DNA of 35,531 bases from a bacterium (GTDB taxonomy: Bacteria; Zixibacteria; MSB-5A5; GN15; FEB-12): contig JBDRNJ010000030.1 in assembly GCA_043811375.1 (NCBI GenBank), positions 1 through 35,531 of the forward strand, given 5' to 3'. The notes below the pieces were generated by a model. It was given only the letters and a program-made list of their open reading frames with translations. It had not been told where the DNA came from and ran no database searches. Below, piece by piece: positions 8,385 through 15,946 of the stretch. Numbering within the stretch: the first letter of the stretch is position 1; the number at the start of each line of letters is the position of its first letter. Position numbers and translations under genes: made by a program.

Positions 8385-9734
8385 CTAAGATCTGATTTTC
8401 TTGAGTAAGTCGCTGCAGGCTATCCTAACTCTCTGTTGCTCTATTTCAGGCCAAAGGTGCTTTGGTCGATTATGTGCTTCCTCCGTCCGTCCGCTGAGGA
8501 TTGGAGCGATCAGCTTATTGAATTCCCTTCTTTTGATAACAATCAGTGGCTGAAACATTCGCCAGTTTTGGATAATAGCCTGCTGCAAATCAGGGAAGGT
8601 TGTGAAGTGCAGTAGCTGTCTTCTGTCAGTGACTCTGCGTTGTTTCATTGTGGTCACGGCGTTCTCGTATGCAACCTCGCCGATAGCGTCTTTGATTCTG
8701 TCAAGCCAATCATCACTGAAAGCTTCTTGATATTGTGTCTCTACGAGCGAACGTAACACATGCTCGACCTTTCGGATGTACTCAAAGCATGACGGCTCGG
8801 TCCGCTCGGTCAGTTGAGATTCTTTTACCTTTCGTTCGTGATCGACCTGTCTCAGAAGTTTGTGGAACCATTCTTCAGCCTGTGCTCTGCATTTCTGAAA
8901 GTTTTCACGGAACGCGTAAACAAACATTCTCTCCTGTGCGGTCAGCTGGAAGGTAGCGTGGCCGATGTTGACTCGGAGTACTTCTAGGGCCTCCGAGGCA
9001 GCATCAACAATCTCAGAGATGTACTCAGGTATGGCATCCACATCCTGGAGAGGCATCCCTAATACTTCGCTAATGTCGCTAAGAGATTCCTCTACATCGA
9101 GGAGACGGATACACTGTTCAATTCTGACCTTGACGCTGGTCCTAAATGTTAACATAGGGTCGGGATTGAACCAGACATCTGCTGTTGACCTATACATGAT
9201 GTATTCCGAATAGAGAATCCAGTATTCTGTCAGCAAGTAGAGAGTTCTTGGCTTCGAATTGTACTCGGGCTCTCCTGTCGGATGTGGGAGGTAGCAGTCG
9301 AACATCATTATTCTGAGCAGGGTTTCAATTGTAGAACGTAGCGATGGGGATACATGAGATAAGGATTCGGACAGGATAGCGTCAACCTCCTCTTTCATCT
9401 TGTTTTCTGGAAGAGAGGTTATGTCGTAGGATTCGCCGCGGAGTTTGACGCCAAGCCACGTAAGCGGTATGGTGAAAATTATAGCTAGGGAGTCTGGTGG
9501 TCTTTCAGTCGAAAACGGGGGATTTTGGTACAATTCCTTCAGTGTGCGAAACTTCTCCAGTTCTAGTGATTTCTCCACATACTCTACAAGCCGTCTGTGT
9601 AGCTGCATGATTTCCACTCTCTCCGCCAAACTAGGGTAGAGATTTAACATCTCGTGGACCTCGCGAAGATACTTGACTGAGAGTGCGAAGTCAGCAAGCT
9701 CTCGAAGAGAATGTGGGCATTCAGATTTTCTCAT
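8385..9734 (-). CDS. Hypothetical protein with C-terminal Swt1-like HEPN domain (putative RNase)
   Basis: C-terminal 'E..LR..V......F...W ... LL.F..F.DL...I..NW..F ... RTEEAHNR' with an Rx4H motif; AT-richer than flanking genes. Confidence 0.72.
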   Translation of the reverse strand: MRKSECPHSLRELADFALSVKYLREVHEMLNLYPSLAERVEIMQLHRRLVEYVEKSLELEKFRTLKELYQNPPFSTERPPDSLAIIFTIPLTWLGVKLRGESYDITSLPENKMKEEVDAILSESLSHVSPSLRSTIETLLRIMMFDCYLPHPTGEPEYNSKPRTLYLLTEYWILYSEYIMYRSTADVWFNPDPMLTFRTSVKVRIEQCIRLLDVEESLSDISEVLGMPLQDVDAIPEYISEIVDAASEALEVLRVNIGHATFQLTAQERMFVYAFRENFQKCRAQAEEWFHKLLRQVDHERKVKESQLTERTEPSCFEYIRKVEHVLRSLVETQYQEAFSDDWLDRIKDAIGEVAYENAVTTMKQRRVTDRRQLLHFTTFPDLQQAIIQNWRMFQPLIVIKRREFNKLIAPILSGRTEEAHNRPKHLWPEIEQQRVRIACSDLLKKIRS

Positions 9735-9783
9735 AGGAAATGAAGTCTCTCTGGCAAACTTGCTGATCCCTTACGACGATTAG

Positions 9784-9832
9784 AAAATTGGACGTTCGCT
9801 CAAATCATATGCCGAATTTTCAATCTGTCAAG
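9784..9832 (-). promoter_or_regulatory. Sigma70 promoter plus operator-like site similar to the tetR promoter
   Basis: Minus strand TTGACA (9831-9826), N16, TATGAT (9809-9804). 9784-9802 matches 8185-8203 at 14/19 positions with the same offset from the -10. Confidence 0.65.
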
Positions 9833-9995
9833 AAAAACCTGATCACTTCTTTCCCTCAGAAAGATGGTGGCTGCATCCCCCGCTTCCTCGCTATCAAATA
9901 GCACGAATGGAAAATGCTCAATTTCCGATTGCGAAATAGGCTGAATGGTTTCATATTGCTGCCGGTTAATTGCAGAAAAAGAACATTGAGAGAAT

Positions 9996-11030
9996 ATGAT
10001 CCTGCCCCGTTTTGATGTCTTAGTGCCGGACACTGTTGAAGAAGCCTGCGCCATACTGGCCGATCACGCTGACGAAGGTGTGCGGCTCCTTGCCGGCGGC
10101 ACCGACCTTCTGGTTGATTTACGACGCCCGATTATTCCCCAGCACGTTCCCCGATGCGATGGCTGTTCCAACCATCCGGAGGGACAGATTCTGTCTACTA
10201 TCGAGTGTACCGTCGACGATTCTGATAAGCTGAAGCCCTCAGGCGGGTCGATCCGGGCCGCACTAGCTGATTCCCGGCAGGCATCGCCGGCATACTTGGT
10301 TTCTTTGCACAAACTGGATCAGTTGAAGGGCATTGAGCGGCTCAAGGACGGTGGTCTCAGAATAGGAGCTCTGACGACAATCGCCGAGATCGAACGATCG
10401 CAGGAGATTCGCAACGGCTGGACGGCTCTGTCCGAAGGCGCCGACAGTCTGGGCAGCCCACTGGTTCGCAATCGTGGTACTCTGGGGGGCAATATCGCCA
10501 ACGCTCGCCCTGCCGCCGATTGTGCAGTCCCGACCATTGCTCTCAACGGCACCCTGACATTGACCGGACCGACCGGCCAACGCACTGTCGCGGCTGGGGA
10601 TTTCCCTCGCGGACCGGGTATATCGGTCATCGAACCGAATGAGATTCTGACCGATATTTGTTTTCCACCTCCGGAGCCATACTCCTCCAGTGCCTACCGC
10701 AAGCTGGCCAACCGAAGAGCGCTGGAGATATCTACTGTCGGGGTGGCGGTCTGGCTGGCGCTGGCGGAACCGGACGGTCCGGTCACCGATGTGCGGGTTG
10801 CGCTGGGTGCCGTGGGACCAACGCCGATTATGGCGGAGTCGGTCAGAGGGATCCTCATCGGCAAGGTTCCCGACACACAAGCCATATCTGAAGCCGCCCG
10901 GGCTGCTGCCGGCGATGCCCGCCCCATCGATGACCATCGCGGCTCTGCCTGGTACCGTGTTCAAATGATCGAATTGCTGACCCGGCGTCTGTTGAAAACC
11001 GTCCTCAGGCAGGTTCGGGGGAGCCAATGA
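9996..11030 (+). CDS. hcrB: Molybdo-flavoenzyme FAD subunit, 4-hydroxybenzoyl-CoA reductase beta-like
   Basis: AGGTDL, LRIGALTT, RNRGTLGGN, PIDDHRGSAWYR; first of three xanthine-oxidase-family genes. Confidence 0.72.
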   Translation: MILPRFDVLVPDTVEEACAILADHADEGVRLLAGGTDLLVDLRRPIIPQHVPRCDGCSNHPEGQILSTIECTVDDSDKLKPSGGSIRAALADSRQASPAYLVSLHKLDQLKGIERLKDGGLRIGALTTIAEIERSQEIRNGWTALSEGADSLGSPLVRNRGTLGGNIANARPAADCAVPTIALNGTLTLTGPTGQRTVAAGDFPRGPGISVIEPNEILTDICFPPPEPYSSSAYRKLANRRALEISTVGVAVWLALAEPDGPVTDVRVALGAVGPTPIMAESVRGILIGKVPDTQAISEAARAAAGDARPIDDHRGSAWYRVQMIELLTRRLLKTVLRQVRGSQ

Positions 11031-11494
11031 AAAAGATCGTCTCACTTACGGTCAACGGTGTCCTTCACGAAGTCGCGGTTGAACCCCGCCGCACACTGGC
11101 CGATCTGTTGCGATATGATCTGGGTTTCACCGGTACTAAAAAGGGATGTGGAATAGGTGACTGTGGCGCCTGCACGGTGCTGTTGGACGGTGTGGCCACA
11201 TTCAGTTGTCTGACGCTGGCTGTGCAGGCCGATGGTTGTTCGGTGGAAACGGTTGAAGGGTTGGCGAAAGACGGCCAACTGGACCGTCTTCAACGGGCGT
11301 TTGTCGACCAGGGGGCTATCCAGTGCGGTTTCTGCACGCCGGGTATGTTGATGACGACCACTGAGTTGTTACGACGCAATCCCCATCCCAGCGAACAGGA
11401 AATCCGCCGGGCGATCTCCGGCAACCTCTGCCGATGCACCGGCTACCAGAAGATTGTCGAAGCCATACAGGCAGCTTCAAAGGAAGCAAAATGA
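11027..11494 (+). CDS. hcrC: 2x[2Fe-2S] subunit, 4-hydroxybenzoyl-CoA reductase gamma-like
   Basis: GTKKGCGIGDCGACTV, QCGFCTPG, GNLCRCTGY; ATGA overlaps with both neighbours. Confidence 0.8.
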   Translation: MKKIVSLTVNGVLHEVAVEPRRTLADLLRYDLGFTGTKKGCGIGDCGACTVLLDGVATFSCLTLAVQADGCSVETVEGLAKDGQLDRLQRAFVDQGAIQCGFCTPGMLMTTTELLRRNPHPSEQEIRRAISGNLCRCTGYQKIVEAIQAASKEAK

Positions 11495-13860
11495 GTAAGT
11501 ATCGCATTCTCAATACACGCGCTCCACGGGTGGATGCCACCGACAAGGCTACCGGAAAGGCGCTTTATACGGACGACCTCAAGAAACCGGGTATGCTGAC
11601 CGCGGCTATTTTGCATAGCCCGCTGGCTCACGCCCGGATTGTGAATATCGATACTTCACGAGCTCAACGCCTGCCTGGCGTCAAAGCAGTGGTGACTTAT
11701 CGTGAGGCAGGCACGACGCCGTACGGGGTCAGCCCGGCCCGCTATGATGAAACGATATTTTGCCACGACAAAGTACGCTATGTCGGTGACGAAATCGCCG
11801 CTGTGGCGGCAGTTGATCTGGATACGGCTCTGGAGGCGATCAGTCTGATACAGGTGGATTTCGAGGAACTTCCTCTGGTGCTTGATGGCCGTACCGCTAT
11901 GGACGAAGATCAGCCGCAGCTTCACGATATGTACAAGAACAATGTCTGTGCGCAAGTGCACTGGCATTTCGGAGATATCGAACAGGGGCGACAGGATTCC
12001 CATCTTGTGCGCACTGACCGGTTGACGAGCAAGATGCAGGACGCTGCCTTCCTGGAGCCGCAGAGCGTGCTGGCCGAGATGGATTCTCAGGGCAACCTGA
12101 CCATGTTCAGCTCCACCCAGGCCCCGCACTATGTCCAGCGCACGTTAGCGATGGCGCTGGGTCTTCCCTTACACAAAGTCCGAGTGATTAAACCCGCGGT
12201 TGGCGGCGGTTTCGGCCCCAAGGCTTCCTGTTCGACCGCTGAATTGGCAACCTGTCTGCTGGCTGTGAAAACCGGTCAACCGGTAAAGCTCACCTTCGAT
12301 CGCGAACAGGTCTTTCTGCATTCGCGGGCACGGCATCAGTTCTTTCATATTATGACCACCGGTGTCAAAAAAGACGGCAGCCTGGCATTTCTTGAGCATC
12401 ATTGTATCTTAGACGGTGGCGCTTACGCCAGTTTTGGTATCGCCACCATATACTACTCCGGCTCCCTGCTGGGGGGGCCGTATCGATTGAAGAACATGAA
12501 GTATGACGGCTACCGCGTAGTTACCAACAAACCGGTCTGCGGAGCTCAGCGCGGACACGGGGCCGTTATCGCGCGGGCGCTGTTCGAGGTGCAACTGGAT
12601 CGCATCGCTGAAGAGCTTGGCATGGATCCTATCGAGCTACGTCTGAAGAACGTTATGGAAGCGGGCGAGACAACCTGCAACGAACTGTTTGTGAGCAGCT
12701 TTGGTATGCGCGAAGCCCTGGAGGCGGTCCGCGACTCGGCTGCCTGGGAAAAGAAGCGTTCCTCGGCGGGTCGGATTCGGCAGGATGGGAAAGGGATAGG
12801 CGCCGCCTGCGGCTTTTTCGTTTCAGGCGCCGGTTATTCGATCTACCGTTCCCGAACCTACCACTGTACTGTCGTGACCAAGGTCGACGAAGTTGGCGGC
12901 GGCGTCACCGTTTCCTCCGGGGCGGCCGATATCGGTCAGGGTTCCGACACCGTGCTGGCCATGATTACCGCCGAGGAGTTGGGCTTGACCCTCGATGATG
13001 TACGAGTGGTTTCGGGTGACTCCAGTCTCAGTGTCGATTTGGGTGCTTACTCCAGCCGCACCACTCTCATGACCGGACATGCCTGCCGCGAGGCCGCCCT
13101 GGACGCCAGGCGACAGATTCTCGAGGCGGTAGCAGGCTTGCTGCATGTACCGCCGGAGACGCTTGAACTCAGGGACGGCATGTTGGTGAGTACAGCCGGC
13201 GAGATAGATTTTTCCGCACTCAGGAAAGAATACCTCCGGGAACACAAAGGCTTTATGGACCTGCCCGATGGTCCTCAACTCACTTTTGCCGAGGCCAGCA
13301 GGATAGCCTTTCTCGAACGCGGTACTATCATAGGCACCGGCAAGTACCGTCCGCCACCGCTGGGCGGCTCGTTTAAGGGCGCAGCGGTAGGCACCTCACC
13401 CGCTTTTGGTTGTTCGGCGCAGGTGGCCGAGGTCTCGGTCGATCTTGAGACCGGAGAGATCAGAGTCGAGAACATCACCGGTGCGCACGATTGCGGCTTT
13501 GCCATCAACGTCACCCAGGTTGAAGGTCAGATGCAGGGGTCGATGATGATGGGCATGGGGGAGGCGCTGATGGAGGAAATCATCTACGACAAAAAGGGAC
13601 GTATCGTCAACGCCAATCTGGCCGAATACAAAATACCAACAGCGCTGGACATGCCGCACCTGGATGCGATCATCGTCGAATCGAACGAACCGCACGGTCC
13701 CTACGGCGCCAAAGAGGTCGGCGAAGGTGCTATCATGCCGGTCATTCCCTCGATTCTAAACGCCATCTATGACGCCACCGGCGTGCGTATAGACGAACTT
13801 CCCGTCACCCCCGAACGTCTGGTGGCGGCGATGCGAGCAAAGCGGGACAAAAGACGGTAG
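11491..13860 (+). CDS. hcrA: Molybdopterin subunit, 4-hydroxybenzoyl-CoA reductase alpha-like
   Basis: Start reassigned to ATG 11491 (overlaps hcrC stop). HcrA-like motifs: P.GV.P, TQ.P.YV, GGAYA.FGI.TI.Y.G.L, CGA.RGHG, FVSG, GAADIGQGS.T, YSSR, GAAVGTS, GP.GAKE..EG. Confidence 0.8.
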   Translation: MSKYRILNTRAPRVDATDKATGKALYTDDLKKPGMLTAAILHSPLAHARIVNIDTSRAQRLPGVKAVVTYREAGTTPYGVSPARYDETIFCHDKVRYVGDEIAAVAAVDLDTALEAISLIQVDFEELPLVLDGRTAMDEDQPQLHDMYKNNVCAQVHWHFGDIEQGRQDSHLVRTDRLTSKMQDAAFLEPQSVLAEMDSQGNLTMFSSTQAPHYVQRTLAMALGLPLHKVRVIKPAVGGGFGPKASCSTAELATCLLAVKTGQPVKLTFDREQVFLHSRARHQFFHIMTTGVKKDGSLAFLEHHCILDGGAYASFGIATIYYSGSLLGGPYRLKNMKYDGYRVVTNKPVCGAQRGHGAVIARALFEVQLDRIAEELGMDPIELRLKNVMEAGETTCNELFVSSFGMREALEAVRDSAAWEKKRSSAGRIRQDGKGIGAACGFFVSGAGYSIYRSRTYHCTVVTKVDEVGGGVTVSSGAADIGQGSDTVLAMITAEELGLTLDDVRVVSGDSSLSVDLGAYSSRTTLMTGHACREAALDARRQILEAVAGLLHVPPETLELRDGMLVSTAGEIDFSALRKEYLREHKGFMDLPDGPQLTFAEASRIAFLERGTIIGTGKYRPPPLGGSFKGAAVGTSPAFGCSAQVAEVSVDLETGEIRVENITGAHDCGFAINVTQVEGQMQGSMMMGMGEALMEEIIYDKKGRIVNANLAEYKIPTALDMPHLDAIIVESNEPHGPYGAKEVGEGAIMPVIPSILNAIYDATGVRIDELPVTPERLVAAMRAKRDKRR

Positions 13861-13883
13861 GTCAAGCCCACTTGGGGCTTGAC
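13857..13883 (+). repeat. GTAG-type REP-like hairpin overlapping the hcrA stop codon (may also act as terminator)
   Basis: GTAG + GTCAAGCCC-ACTTG-GGGCTTGAC, a perfect 9-bp stem. Confidence 0.65.
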
Positions 13884-13892
13884 ATTCATTAA

Positions 13893-14000
13893 CGGGAGAA
13901 TTGGCGATTGACTTTTTTCTCAGGTAGATTAACAACGTGTTATGCGGACGGGAAAGCAAAATTCCTCATCCTATGCGGGTCAATCTAATCATTGTTATGT
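13893..14000 (+). repeat. Promoter/attI-like module, copy 1
   Basis: 13893-13920 matches 14323-14350 (24/28) and 13921-14000 matches 14430-14509 (60/80, ungapped). Ends TCTAAT-N4-GTTATGT, with internal direct repeats GTTATGCGGAC/CCTATGCGGGT. Confidence 0.65.
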
Positions 14001-14027
14001 TTAATAAAAGAGAAGGAGCTAACAATT

Positions 14028-14255
14028 ATGAAAAAGAAATCAATCGGATATTATATGATAGCAAGTGCTATTGTATGGGGAGCAGTAATACTTGGATGCT
14101 CCTTCAAATTGAAAGGTACGGCATGTTATGATGATATTAGATTGATCCTTTCAGGTGGGGCAGGGTTTCATTTATTATTTATATGGGTTCCTTTAGCAAG
14201 TCAATTTCGGAAAAATAAGGAAGAACAATCGGAAATGGATCATTCGAATTCTTAA
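14028..14255 (+). CDS. Small two-TM membrane protein, cassette-like
   Basis: AAGGAG SD before ATG 14028; 75 aa with two hydrophobic stretches; AT-rich. Confidence 0.7.
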   Translation: MKKKSIGYYMIASAIVWGAVILGCSFKLKGTACYDDIRLILSGGAGFHLLFIWVPLASQFRKNKEEQSEMDHSNS

Positions 14256-14295
14256 GACAATTACTGGAAAAAGGAAATCCGGGCTAGCTTACATC

Positions 14296-14319
14296 AACGG
14301 GTAACCCACAGCTTTGCTG
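14296..14319. repeat. Truncated REP-like element (AACGGGTAACCCAC family), copy 1
   Basis: AACGGGTAACCCAC is identical to 14994-15007 and is followed by AGCTTTGCTG (partial stem). Confidence 0.6.
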
Positions 14320-14322
14320 AAG

Positions 14323-14509
14323 CGGAAGAATTCGCGATTGACATTGTTCTATGGTTCGCTATATTCTACATACGTAAGGCGTGAATCGAAGGGGTCCTTA
14401 TGACGATACGTACAAAACGCCAAGATAAGCAGGTGGATCAATGTCGTGTTATACGGACAGGAAACGGAAGCTCCGCATCTTATGCGGATCAGTCTAATTA
14501 TTGTCAGGC
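14323..14509 (+). repeat. Promoter/attI-like module, copy 2 (with intact sigma70 promoter)
   Basis: TTGACA 14338-14343 with TATATT at N16 or TATTCT at N18; direct repeats GTTATACGGAC/CTTATGCGGAT; ends TCTAAT-N4-GTCAGGC. Confidence 0.65.
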
Positions 14510-14577
14510 TGCCAGCCAAAAGGTTCCTGTGATCAACAAGTTATAAGAAATTGCCATTCTTAAAAGAGGTGAAAAAG

Positions 14578-14994
14578 ATGAGAAAGATTTTGATCGCCTT
14601 TGGATTGATTTGGGTATTTGTGTTGTGTGGAGTTGGTTTTTATCTGGGATCGCAACATATGCCCCATATCCAAAAGATGGAGAAATTAGCTCAAGAGGGA
14701 AATCTTGTGGAGTTTTGGAGTACAATGAACGCCTGGAAGATGCATGCTTCGAGCCACTCACATGCCCTGTGTTTTGCATTCCTCTTGATCTTGGTGGCTT
14801 TAGTCATGCCAGACATGAGATTTTCAGATAGGGCCAAAAAGAGTCTTGGGATACTTCTAATAGTGGGAGTGGTGTTAAGCACTATCTTTGGGTGGTTCCA
14901 TTTTCTACCTTTAGTTCTGCTGGGGGAAATCTTGGTTGTGGCCATGGTTATGATGAGTTTCATAGGCATCATGAGAGGATTAAGAGAAAGATGA
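14578..14994 (+). CDS. Hypothetical integral membrane protein (about 4 TM, HxxxHxH motif), cassette-like
   Basis: GAGGTG SD before ATG 14578; hydrophobic helices; HASSHSH; AT-rich. Confidence 0.72.
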   Translation: MRKILIAFGLIWVFVLCGVGFYLGSQHMPHIQKMEKLAQEGNLVEFWSTMNAWKMHASSHSHALCFAFLLILVALVMPDMRFSDRAKKSLGILLIVGVVLSTIFGWFHFLPLVLLGEILVVAMVMMSFIGIMRGLRER

Positions 14995-15026
14995 ACGGGT
15001 AACCCACGGCAGAGCGGTGGGCGACC
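14994..15026. repeat. REP-like hairpin (AACGGGTAACCCAC family), copy 2
   Basis: CCCAC-GGC-AGA-GCG-GTGGG imperfect stem; on the minus strand it begins GTCG, a GTAG-like foot. Confidence 0.6.
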
Positions 15027-15043
15027 ACACCTTAAGATCTTGA

Positions 15044-15919
15044 GTGAGGGCTGTTAATATGGCCGGAAGCGACGAGACTCCACTGCACTTGGAGGCGTAT
15101 TTCAGGCAATTGGAGGAGATGCAACGAGCCGTAAGAGCCTCTGTATCGCCTGCAATGAAGATACAAGAGCAGTTCGAGAAGTCGCTGCAGCCAATCGTCG
15201 AGTCGGCAAGGGCATTCCAGGACACCATAGAGTCAATCTTCGCGGAGCGGGAATCGTTGGTTAACAGCATACTCACCCAACATGAATCAGTACGTTCCGC
15301 ATTAGAACAATTACACGAGAGTCTTCTTGAGCTTTCGCCGCGCACACGCGACGCTCTTATCTTGCTTGGGACACATGGCTGGTACATGGACCTGAAACTG
15401 CCGGAGTCTGGGCTTTGGAAGCTTAAAAGAGCACTATCGGAAGGTAATGTTACAGAGGCCGAAGATGCTCTGGCTGCATACTATGAAGACCGAGTGGATG
15501 AGATTGAGGAGTCCATCGCTAAGCGATTTCCGAGGCGTCAGAAACTGATTAGTTCCGCATTTCATGCTTATCGAAGACAGGAATACGAATTGTCCATTCC
15601 TGTTCTTCTCGCGCAGACAGACGGAATCTGTAAGGAACTGGTCAATCAATACTTGTTCCTAAGTCGCGACAGGAAACCCCGAACCGCAGCTTACGTTGAA
15701 CAATTCGCGACAGATACATACCGGGCGGCACTGCTAAGCCCACTTGCGACGCGTCTACCGCTGTGGGCACGGGAGCATGAGCGAGAGGACAGTTTCAGCG
15801 AACTGAATCGGCACATGGTCCTTCACGGAGACTCGCTCGACTATGGCACCAAAACGAATTGTCTGAAGGTAATATCGTTGATCAACTACGTGGCACATGT
15901 ACTCAAGGAAGAACCGTAG
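15044..15919 (+). CDS. Hypothetical protein with C-terminal HEPN-like Rx4H motif (start may be ATG 15059)
   Basis: Helical N-terminus; 'AF.AY....Y..SIPVLLAQ.DGIC' and 'LNRHMVLHG.S.DYGT..N.LK.ISL'. Confidence 0.68.
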   Translation: MRAVNMAGSDETPLHLEAYFRQLEEMQRAVRASVSPAMKIQEQFEKSLQPIVESARAFQDTIESIFAERESLVNSILTQHESVRSALEQLHESLLELSPRTRDALILLGTHGWYMDLKLPESGLWKLKRALSEGNVTEAEDALAAYYEDRVDEIEESIAKRFPRRQKLISSAFHAYRRQEYELSIPVLLAQTDGICKELVNQYLFLSRDRKPRTAAYVEQFATDTYRAALLSPLATRLPLWAREHEREDSFSELNRHMVLHGDSLDYGTKTNCLKVISLINYVAHVLKEEP

Positions 15920-15942
15920 GTCTAGCCTTGTCAAGGCCGGTC
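15916..15942 (+). repeat. Degenerate GTAG-type REP-like hairpin overlapping a stop codon
   Basis: GTAGGTCTAGCCTTGTCAAGGCCGGTC; first 12 nt match 13857-13868 at 11/12. Confidence 0.5.
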
Positions 15943-15946
15943 GCTC

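Noticed and set aside
9768..9784. Third attI-like site upstream of the HEPN gene (minus strand TCTAAT-CGTC-GTAAGGG)
   Set aside because: Short match only, lacking the TATGCGG direct repeats; the region is better explained by the promoter-operator similarity to 8185-8234.
9800..10054. 84-aa minus-strand ORF
   Set aside because: Overlaps the hcrB start and promoter elements; no motifs or SD.
13884..15060. CRISPR array or canonical attC array
   Set aside because: Only two diverged long repeats separated by genes; no regular repeat-spacer period and no complete RYYYAAC...GTTRRRY palindrome found after the ORFs.
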